IMG/VR virus record: IMGVR_UViG_2698536335_000005
Coordinates: 1 to 5,032 of that record
Reading direction: 5' to 3' (one strand)
Source of the DNA: a virus
Lineage: Duplodnaviria > Heunggongvirae > Uroviricota > Caudoviricetes
Length of the DNA stretch: 5,032 nt
Shown here: one piece after another, positions 1 to 5,024 of the stretch
How positions within the stretch are numbered: position 1 is the stretch's first letter
Layout of the letters: the number at the start of each line of letters is the position of its first letter
Program-made: the position numbers and the translations under genes
Notes under the pieces: model-generated
The model's database searches: none
What the model saw: the letters and a program-made list of their open reading frames with translations, nothing else
What the model was told of the DNA's origin: nothing

Positions 1-1629
1 GGTGCAGACTTTTTCCACTTCCTGTTGCGCCACTGGTTCAGGCTGTTTCGTTTCTGGCTCGTTTTGTAACGCATTTGGGCTGTTTTGTTCCGCTTTTTGG
101 TAGTTCCGTTCCGATTCATGCTGGTTCTGGTTTACAGAATCGCGGGTCTGGATCCCCTTAACCCATTTCGGATCATTCGGGTCGCTAATCCCTGCAACAA
201 ATTCTCCGCGAGAGGCAGCAAGCAACTTATCGGCGTCAGGCTGGCTGATATTGGCTGCCTGCATAATTTTGTTTACTTCGTCAGCGGTAACTTTTACCGG
301 CTCTGGTTGTGCGGTCGTGTCAGATGCACCAGTATTTTGTTGTGAACCTGAGTATGTACTGTTTTTGCGGGCGAAATATTCTTCTTTCGTGATTTCAGTA
401 GCCCCGGCAGCCAGTGCCTTATCCAGACCAGAAAGTTTGTTTGCGCGACCGTATTTTTCGCCATCCTTGTCGGTGAAGAGGAAGTAGAACGGCCCCTCAC
501 GCTCTACAGATGGTTCGACTTCCACTTTGCATTCGGTTTTTTCGTTGTCCGGAATTGCCGTTTCCACTGCATCAGTTTCTGGTACTGGCGACGAGAGAGT
601 ATCAGTTGCGCTCTGATTTGTTCCTTCATCTTCAAACACGCCCTTTGTAGTCAGGTATTCAGTAATGTATTTGTTCAGTGCCACAGGGTCTTTGTGAATG
701 TCGATCGGACGTTCACGGACAAGGCCAAAAATAGTCTGGCGGTCGTAGCGAAGGGCATCAGGCTGTTTGCGCATTGATGAGTTGTCGATAACTTCATTTT
801 TTGCCCAGCGATGGATGCTGCCGTCAATGTTTCCGGCATCCACATCACCAGGCCAGAGAGCGTAGGCCAGTTCGTCATCCAGTGTTTTCCATGTCTGCTT
901 GTATTCGCGATGAATGGCAGCAATGACCAGGCTGATTTTTCCTGTTGAATTTTCAGTGTGCTGTTGATTGACTCTGGCGCGGGCGAGATCAACAACAGAC
1001 GTGTATTTTCCGGTTTCCTTGCGTTCACCTTCGCGACGTTTTTTCCAGATGCGCATCTCTGCCTGAATTTCGGGCCATTTGGCACCAGGCTTACATTTAT
1101 GCTTAACCCACCCGATGGCATGCAGCTTAAGCTCCGGATACATGGCGTTAACTTCTGGCATTTTCATCAACGCTTCAACGATATGTCCGTTGAATGTTGC
1201 CATGTCTTCCTGCAACAATTCCTGTGCGCTAATAACCATATCAACGGTGATGTTTTCACATGTGTCGAACTTAACCATGAGAGCGTTCTGTACTTCAGGG
1301 GCCAGCTTGTCAAAAGTGACGTTCATCAGATCGGATTCAGTCTCAACCGGGACAAAAGAAGCAGAATCCTCATCCCAGCGGTTTTCCTGCATATATTCAG
1401 CATCCCATGAATCGAGGGCAGGGCGGGGTATGCCAGGTTTATCCTCGCAGATAATAAATTTATAAGCGCAGTCCTGAGCAGCCGGATAATGTTCCAGGAA
1501 TTGCCAGTGAAATTTTGCTCGAGCACGGCGTTCGTCGCCAGCTTCAATAGCTGTGGCTACAGCCACAGCGCCTTCTTCCCTTGTTGCCAGTTCGTCAGGA
1601 ATGGCGGCGCAAATAAAGACTTTACTCAT
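1..1629 (-). CDS. recE: RecE-like exodeoxyribonuclease VIII, N-terminal 543 codons; 3' end lies beyond the window start
   Basis: ATG at 1629..1627 (MSKVFICAAIPDELATREEG...) is preceded by GAGG 10 nt upstream and an in-frame TAA just upstream. The frame is open to position 1; I spot-checked it by hand at 1-60, 121-240, 301-360, 481-540, 601-660, 841-900, 1201-1260 and 1601-1629. The ORF track omits it, presumably because it has no stop in the window. The stretch PDADKLLAASRGEFVAGISDPNDPKWVKGIQTRD (about 121-240) matches my recollection of the E. coli RecE middle region, and an acidic Pro/Glu/Gln-rich linker (TAQPEPVKV, ETKQPEPVAQQEVEKV) fits RecE. Position at the distal end of the early-left operon is as expected for a recombination module. 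Confidence 0.75.
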   Translation of the reverse strand, partial: MSKVFICAAIPDELATREEGAVAVATAIEAGDERRARAKFHWQFLEHYPAAQDCAYKFIICEDKPGIPRPALDSWDAEYMQENRWDEDSASFVPVETESDLMNVTFDKLAPEVQNALMVKFDTCENITVDMVISAQELLQEDMATFNGHIVEALMKMPEVNAMYPELKLHAIGWVKHKCKPGAKWPEIQAEMRIWKKRREGERKETGKYTSVVDLARARVNQQHTENSTGKISLVIAAIHREYKQTWKTLDDELAYALWPGDVDAGNIDGSIHRWAKNEVIDNSSMRKQPDALRYDRQTIFGLVRERPIDIHKDPVALNKYITEYLTTKGVFEDEGTNQSATDTLSSPVPETDAVETAIPDNEKTECKVEVEPSVEREGPFYFLFTDKDGEKYGRANKLSGLDKALAAGATEITKEEYFARKNSTYSGSQQNTGASDTTAQPEPVKVTADEVNKIMQAANISQPDADKLLAASRGEFVAGISDPNDPKWVKGIQTRDSVNQNQHESERNYQKAEQNSPNALQNEPETKQPEPVAQQEVEKVCT

Positions 1630-1724
1630 TTTGTTTTAACCTCATGACAGATTTCAAGGTGAACGAATCCCTGCCATTGCTGGCATTTTTAATCCGTTGG
1701 TATGGTGTTAATATGGCTGGAGGG

Positions 1725-1913
1725 TTATCCAGCCGGTGTTTCGTTATTCAGGTACAGCGATACTTTTTTTAGCGGGAGGCATTCACCAGAAATTTTTTGC
1801 TCGTCTCTTGCCTGGAGGCAGGATTCTTTACTTGCATAAATTCCGGTAATCACATTCTGTGATTCACCCGTTATAAGAAAAACCGTCATCATCAGTGCAA
1901 ATGCTGAAGTCAT
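1725..1913 (-). CDS. ydfD: YdfD-like small membrane (lysis-type) protein, 62 aa
   Basis: ORF-track ORF MTSAFALMMTVFLITGESQ... with a hydrophobic N-terminal segment. Its ATG (1913..1911) overlaps the dicB stop as ATGA, and GGAG lies 7 nt upstream. Size and position immediately after dicB match ydfD of the Qin dicB operon (63 aa). The symbol is assigned by synteny and size, not by recognised sequence. Confidence 0.6.
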   Translation of the reverse strand: MTSAFALMMTVFLITGESQNVITGIYASKESCLQARDEQKISGECLPLKKVSLYLNNETPAG

Positions 1914-2098
1914 TGACGTTCTCCGAAAATACCAAGTTCAAGAAGAGCAATTCGGGAAAGTATGGAATTATCATTGAGCAGATAAGGCTCATATTTCCTC
2001 ATATTAATGGCATCTTCAGTAAACTCCCGGTTACTGAGCAGAACACCAATATCAAAACAACCTTCAGACGTATTAACGTTTGGTAATAACGTTTCCAT
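1910..2098 (-). CDS. dicB: cell division inhibitor DicB (MinC-activating), 62 aa
   Basis: ORF-track ORF METLLPNVNTSEGCFDIGVLLSNREFTEDAIN...; the N-terminus matches my recollection of E. coli DicB (METLLPNVNTSEGCF...) and the length is exactly 62 aa. GAGGA lies 7 nt upstream of the ATG. It sits about 180 nt downstream of the DicF-like terminator, as in the Qin dicB operon. Confidence 0.85.
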   Translation of the reverse strand: METLLPNVNTSEGCFDIGVLLSNREFTEDAINMRKYEPYLLNDNSILSRIALLELGIFGERQ

Positions 2099-2276
2099 TA
2101 TCGCGTCCTCAACAATGAATTTTGTGATGCAGTGCCTGGTGCCTCCAGGTGACGTTAACCAGTTAACAATTAACGCCGGATTAGTTGATGCTCGTTACGC
2201 CCGTAAAATACCGCCTTACTGCTTTAACTGTTCCGCGTGCGCATAGCCGCATTCACCGCATCACAAAATTCACTTT

Positions 2277-2302
2277 AAAAAGGGCGGATATCCGTTTCCG
2301 CC
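2277..2302 (-). terminator. Rho-independent terminator (DicF 3' end), partial terminator inside the leftward operon
   Basis: On the minus strand a 6-bp GC-rich stem GGCGGA/TCCGCC (plus 2283-2288 and 2297-2302) with an 8-nt loop is followed directly by CUUUUU (plus 2277-2281 is AAAAA). There is no U-tract on the plus-strand side, so it is orientation-specific for leftward transcription. Confidence 0.6.
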
Positions 2303-2316
2303 GAATCACCAGAAAA
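2277..2316 (-). ncRNA. dicF: DicF-like small RNA (ftsZ-targeting family) embedded in the dicB operon
   Basis: Minus-strand RNA reads UUUUCUGGUGAUUCGGCGGAAACGGAUAUCCGCCCUUUUU. The 5' UUUCUGGUGA and the 3' CCGCCCUUUUU terminator match what I recall of E. coli DicF. No ORF is present, and the location (upstream of dicB, downstream of ydfC) is that of dicF. The 5' boundary is approximate because the RNA is processed from a longer transcript. Confidence 0.55.
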
Positions 2317-2617
2317 GTGATAACAGAGGGCGTTGCAGCGGGGTTGTCACTTAAGCGTATGGTCAACCTGACAACCCGGTGTCCTCAGCGGGGAAGGAAT
2401 AACCCCGCCATACTTACCGCCGCGCCATTTCGCGGATTGCCACAACCGGAAGCGCACGGTCGAATTAAATTTAACGACTACCTACAGAGAGACGAACTTC
2501 GCCGTGCGCTTTCGCGTTATGCCCTGACTTTTCAGGGATATATCCTTTTCAGTAAACTGTCAGTGCCGGATTCTTATCCGTGTCCGGCGCACGCACTCTA
2601 CCTCACCTGTGAATAAA

Positions 2618-2992
2618 TTAATGATTAATTGATATTTTGTTGTTTGATTCAACTTTCCCATCGGATGTGTGATGCTTTAAATCACAGGAATTAATACTGC
2701 TTGCTGTAAAATGATTTTCAAGGGGAGCTATTCGAATCCCTTTCTTTTTCATTAACAAGCCAAATCCTTTATTAATGATGTTCATTAATTCCAGGAAGTA
2801 TTTTTCATGTAAATTCTGGTTATCAGAGAGCTGCTTCTCTTCGCACAGACCGATAAAGGCACGACGCACGTTACCGGATATAGTATCGATGGTTTCTTTT
2901 TCTACGGTACTCAGGTCAAGAGTCGCCAGTTGGGAACGAACTATATTCGCTGCCATTTCCTGGAATTGCATTGGTAAATCTTTAAATTCCAT
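2618..2992 (-). CDS. hypothetical protein, 124 aa, with AT-rich 3' half; possible moron inserted between ydfC and DicF
   Basis: ORF-track ORF MEFKDLPMQFQEMAANIVRSQLATLDLSTVEKETIDTISGNVRRAFIGLCEEKQ... GAGG lies 6 nt upstream of the ATG at 2992, and the gene is co-oriented with the operon. The 5' part has ordinary GC content, while the 3' roughly 180 nt is very AT-rich and encodes a low-complexity tail (KKKGIRIAPLENHF...NNKISINH). I recognise no family. Confidence 0.5.
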   Translation of the reverse strand: MEFKDLPMQFQEMAANIVRSQLATLDLSTVEKETIDTISGNVRRAFIGLCEEKQLSDNQNLHEKYFLELMNIINKGFGLLMKKKGIRIAPLENHFTASSINSCDLKHHTSDGKVESNNKISINH

Positions 2993-3014
2993 TATTAGCC
3001 TCGTTGGTTAGCTA

Positions 3015-3233
3015 TTAACGCGGGTATGTAATCATTCTGGCAATGCTTAATGCCGCTGCTTTTTCCAGATTAGTGATATCCTGCTCCAGAGCGGACAGAT
3101 TTTCAGCCTGCTTAGCCCTGGCTTCATTGGCCCATTTCAGATCCTGCGCTGCATTAATTTTCTGGTGCATCCACTCATAAAGTTCATCATCGGTATAGTC
3201 TGGCGCGATGATGACGGGTTCTCGTTTCTGCAT
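3015..3233 (-). CDS. ydfC: YdfC-like small protein, 72 aa
   Basis: ORF-track ORF MQKREPVIIAPDYTDDELYEWMHQKINAAQDLKWANEARAKQ... with GAGGAA 6 nt upstream of the ATG. Length (72 aa) and the 29-nt gap after the preceding ydfB-like ORF match the Qin ydfA-ydfB-ydfC arrangement as I recall it. Symbol by synteny and size. Confidence 0.65.
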   Translation of the reverse strand: MQKREPVIIAPDYTDDELYEWMHQKINAAQDLKWANEARAKQAENLSALEQDITNLEKAAALSIARMITYPR

Positions 3234-3262
3234 ACTGATTCCTCGCGGTGCTGTTTCGCTTA

Positions 3263-3391
3263 TCAGCCGTTAGATTTTGCCGAACTGGAAAGCGCCTGTT
3301 TAAATTCGTTGAAGCTGAGAGCTTCTTCGCCTTCGGCAAGACCTTCGAAGTATTCTTCGTAAGCCTTTTCCATGATTGTGTCGAAATCCAT
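3263..3391 (-). CDS. ydfB: YdfB-like small acidic protein, 42 aa (below the ORF-track size cutoff)
   Basis: Hand translation of the minus strand: ATG at 3391..3389, MDFDTIMEKAYEEYFEGLAEGEEALSFNEFKQALSSSAKSNG, stop TGA at 3265..3263. AGGTGA lies 5-6 nt upstream, and the ATG is 1 nt after the ydfA-like stop (TGAtATG), indicating translational coupling. The 42-aa length matches Qin ydfB. Confidence 0.55.
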   Translation of the reverse strand: MDFDTIMEKAYEEYFEGLAEGEEALSFNEFKQALSSSAKSNG

Positions 3392-3392
3392 A

Positions 3393-3548
3393 TCACTCAC
3401 CTGAGTTTCTTTCCAGCCAGCGACGGGCACCATTTTCGGTTTTAAACGTTTTGCTTTTGGTATACGTCATCGCGGTGAACGTACCGTCCTGGTTGGGGAA
3501 CACGCCACATACCAGAGATTCGCTGTTGCCAAGATCGATAGTATCCAT
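3393..3548 (-). CDS. ydfA: YdfA-like small protein, 51 aa; alternative upstream start at 3629 would give 78 aa
   Basis: The ORF-track ORF 3393..3629 is 78 aa, but the internal ATG at 3548..3546 (MDTIDLGNSESLVCGVFPNQDGTF...) has GAGG 5 nt upstream and yields exactly 51 aa, the Qin ydfA length. The 3629 start has GAGG about 9 nt upstream and cannot be excluded from sequence alone. Confidence 0.6.
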   Translation of the reverse strand: MDTIDLGNSESLVCGVFPNQDGTFTAMTYTKSKTFKTENGARRWLERNSGE

Positions 3549-3730
3549 GCTGACCTCATTTCCCCTTAACGCCGGGGTAGCGGAACAAAAACCTGCTGCA
3601 TAGTTATTAAAGTTGAACCCTGCCGTCATGTTCTTACGCCTCGGGCTGGCTACTTAACCCCTGACCACTGCCTGGTAACTCGAAGTATTGCCCTGCATTC
3701 TGTGGGGCGGGGTGGGTTGGTATGAAAAGA

Positions 3731-3759
3731 AGGATACCCATAGGTATTTAAAAAGTAAA
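3731..3759 (-). promoter_or_regulatory. candidate sigma70 promoter for the leftward operon (pL/pdicB-like)
   Basis: On the minus strand: -35 TTTACT (plus 3754-3759), 17-nt spacer, -10 TATCCT (plus 3731-3736). The predicted start near 3723-3725 leaves a leader of roughly 95 to 175 nt depending on the ydfA start. Both flanking operator copies overlap the -35 side and the spacer/-10. Confidence 0.4.
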
Positions 3760-3771
3760 TACCCATGGGTA
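3735..3771. promoter_or_regulatory. OL-like operator pair: TACCCATAGGTA (3735-3746) and perfect palindrome TACCCATGGGTA (3760-3771)
   Basis: Two 12-bp dyad-symmetric sites with centres about 25 bp apart overlap the leftward promoter. The same motif recurs in the repressor/cro intergenic region. Confidence 0.55.
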
Positions 3772-3813
3772 AATTTTTGCGGTGTCTTAACTGGTGACTA
3801 GTTGTTTGGTGAG

Positions 3814-4233
3814 CTATGATGCGTTTTGTGCTTTCTTTTTACGGATTTCTTCGTAGATCATATTGTAATACTGTTTTTTCTCTTCAAGAGTTTTTAATAA
3901 TTTATCCGCTTCACTTTCTGGCAGTTCGTCTAAGAGATCTAAAAAAATACGTTGTCGTGGCGTTAGAACCCTTGTTTCATAACTGGAGGCTGTGTTCGTT
4001 GATGATGAAACGATACCATCCATCCATCCCCGGGGTAACCCAAAGGACTCTTCGATAATCTCCACCATATCATCAGCGATCCGTTTTTTTCCCTTTTTCC
4101 CCTCTGGGTACAACATTCTTGATACATAAGAAGGCTCGCGCCCGATCTTTCTGGCCACGTTAACCGCTTTACCATCGCATTTCTCATCACGAATTTTGAT
4201 GAGTTGCTGTCGTCTAAATTCATATTTGTCCAT
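3814..4233 (-). CDS. prophage immunity repressor, XRE/cI-type N-terminal HTH, 139 aa, no LexA-like peptidase domain
   Basis: ORF-track ORF MDKYEFRRQQLIKIRDEKCDGKAVNVARKIGREPSYVSRMLYPEG... with an HTH-like segment near residues 20-40. It is divergent from the cro-like gene and co-oriented with the leftward operon, which is the cI/DicA/RacR position. At 139 aa it is too short for an S24 autocleavage domain. No SD precedes the ATG, consistent with a leaderless transcript. Confidence 0.75.
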   Translation of the reverse strand: MDKYEFRRQQLIKIRDEKCDGKAVNVARKIGREPSYVSRMLYPEGKKGKKRIADDMVEIIEESFGLPRGWMDGIVSSSTNTASSYETRVLTPRQRIFLDLLDELPESEADKLLKTLEEKKQYYNMIYEEIRKKKAQNAS

Positions 4234-4304
4234 AGGTAAATAATAGATGCGATTACCGCAAGGTAAACAACCTGTGGGTATTGACTTTTGTTTACCTGTG
4301 GGTA
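4227..4304. promoter_or_regulatory. OR-like tripartite operator: TGTCCATAGGTA (4227-4238), AACCTGTGGGTA (4269-4280), TACCTGTGGGTA (4293-4304)
   Basis: Three copies of the OL motif (9-10 of 12 matches to TACCCATGGGTA) lie between the divergent repressor and cro-like genes. The 4227-4238 copy overlaps the repressor start codon. The other two flank and overlap the rightward -35 and -10. Confidence 0.5.
4240..4267 (-). promoter_or_regulatory. candidate pRM-like promoter producing a leaderless repressor mRNA
   Basis: On the minus strand: -35 TTTACC (plus 4262-4267), 16-nt spacer, -10 TATTAT (plus 4240-4245). The -10 ends 6 nt before the repressor ATG at 4233, so the predicted start falls at or next to the ATG, and no SD is present. 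Confidence 0.4.
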
Positions 4305-4308
4305 TTCT
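4282..4308 (+). promoter_or_regulatory. candidate pR-like promoter for the cro-like/ydaT operon
   Basis: -35 TTGACT at 4282-4287. The best -10 is TATTCT at 4303-4308 with a short 15-nt spacer, so the -10 assignment is uncertain. It lies between and over the two right-hand operator copies, about 25 nt upstream of the ydaS-like RBS. Confidence 0.35.
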
Positions 4309-4333
4309 TTGCTGTGTTTACTAAGGAGTAGCT

Positions 4334-4615
4334 ATGGAAGAATTAAGAATATTTCTCAATTCTCTTTCGTCAGATGAACAGCGTATGTTTGCATGCGAGT
4401 GTGGTACCAGCATCGGTTATCTAAGAAAGGCATTGAGTAAAGGTCAAGTGTTAGGGGCATCGTTATGTGTCCTTATTGAGCGAGCCAGTAATGGTGAAGT
4501 TACACGTCAGCAACTAAGGCCTTTTGATTGGATGAATATTTGGCCCGAGCTGGAAGATACCAAAACGTTAACACAACCACTTTCTAGGAGCTTGATTCAT
4601 GAAAATCAAGCATGA
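4334..4615 (+). CDS. ydaS: Cro-like HTH regulator, YdaS family, 93 aa
   Basis: ORF-track ORF MEELRIFLNSLSSDEQRMFACECGTSIGYLRKALSKGQVLGASLCVLIERASNGEVTRQQLRPFDWMNIWPELED... AAGGAG lies 5 nt upstream of the ATG. The motif IERASNGEVTRQQLRP...WPEL resembles the YdaS/Cro family as I recall it. It is divergent from the repressor, in the cro position. Confidence 0.75.
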   Translation: MEELRIFLNSLSSDEQRMFACECGTSIGYLRKALSKGQVLGASLCVLIERASNGEVTRQQLRPFDWMNIWPELEDTKTLTQPLSRSLIHENQA

Positions 4616-5024
4616 ACACATCCGCATGGCGATGAATGCCTGGGCGCGTCCTGATGGCGAAAAAGTTCCAGCAGCTGGAATAACCCAGGCTTATTTTGAG
4701 TTGGGTATGACGTTCCCAGAACTGTATGACGACAGCCATCCGGAAGCCCTGGCTCGCAATACCCAGAAAATTTTCCGCTGGGTAGAGAAAGACACCCCTG
4801 ATGCTGTTGAAAAAATGCAGGCTCTGTTACCGGCGATCGAAAAGGCGATGCCGCCTTTGCTGGTGGCCCGTATGCGCAGCCACAGTTCTGAATATTACCG
4901 TGAGATCGTCGAACGGAGGGATCGGCTGGTGAAGGATGTCGATGATTTTGTTGCGTCAGCGGTTGTTTTGTATGACCAGATGAATCGCGGCGGCCCGGCA
5001 GGGAATGCTGTGGTGATGCACTAA
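4599..5024 (+). CDS. ydaT: YdaT-family protein (cII-position early regulator, toxic on overexpression in Rac), 141 aa
   Basis: ORF-track ORF MKIKHEHIRMAMNAWARPDGEKVPAAGITQAYFELGMTF... AGGAG lies 8 nt upstream of the ATG, and the gene overlaps the 3' end of the ydaS-like gene by 17 nt. The MKIKHEHI start and roughly 140-aa size match my recollection of E. coli YdaT. Stop TAA at 5022-5024. Confidence 0.75.
   Translation: MKIKHEHIRMAMNAWARPDGEKVPAAGITQAYFELGMTFPELYDDSHPEALARNTQKIFRWVEKDTPDAVEKMQALLPAIEKAMPPLLVARMRSHSSEYYREIVERRDRLVKDVDDFVASAVVLYDQMNRGGPAGNAVVMH

Noticed and set aside
85-1547. ORF-track ORFs inside the recE region: 85..345 (+), 251..487 (+), 294..500 (-), 675..1121 (-), 958..1410 (+), 1079..1465 (+), 1326..1547 (-)
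   Set aside because: All lie in other frames or on the other strand of the continuous 543-codon RecE-like frame (1..1629, minus). Their translations are low-complexity or Arg/Cys/Leu-rich with no RBS context, as expected of shadow ORFs.
1895-2246. Plus-strand ORFs 1895..2086 and 2007..2246
   Set aside because: They are antisense to dicB and its upstream region, have no convincing RBS, and show shadow-ORF composition.
2522-2537. Hairpin CCCUGAAAAGUCAGGG on the minus-strand transcript, reminiscent of a lambda boxB (nut) stem-loop
   Set aside because: No boxA-like element precedes it and no N-like gene is present. It lies in the middle of the operon rather than just downstream of the promoter. 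I treat it as part of the processing structure upstream of DicF rather than a nut site.
2185-2616. Plus-strand 143-aa ORF across the DicF and spacer region
   Set aside because: It is antisense to the leftward operon. The translation is Arg-rich and irregular (RRITRKVITEG..., RCPQRGRNNP...) and no RBS precedes the ATG. The region is better explained as structured non-coding RNA containing the DicF-like sRNA.
2775-3011. Plus-strand 78-aa ORF antisense to the 124-aa ORF
   Set aside because: Cys/Ser/Phe-rich translation (KFWLSESCFSSHRPIKARR...) in an opposite-strand overlap, with no RBS.
3165-3603. ORF-track ORFs 3165..3362 (+), 3187..3396 (-), 3248..3445 (+), 3376..3603 (+)
   Set aside because: They overlap the ydfA/ydfB/ydfC-like genes in alternative frames or antisense. 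The 3187..3396 minus ORF is highly basic (RTRHHRARLYR) and would break the conserved ydfB/ydfC spacing.
3760-3782. Operator palindrome followed by a T5 run on the plus strand (TACCCATGGGTAAATTTTTGC) as a possible plus-strand terminator
   Set aside because: No plus-strand gene is transcribed into this site. The palindrome is better explained as an operator, and the stem would have an unfavourably tight loop.
3816-4223. ORF-track ORFs 3816..4058 (+) and 3963..4223 (-) overlapping the repressor gene
   Set aside because: They are antisense or alternative-frame ORFs within the repressor gene. The repressor frame carries the HTH and fits the operator/promoter layout.
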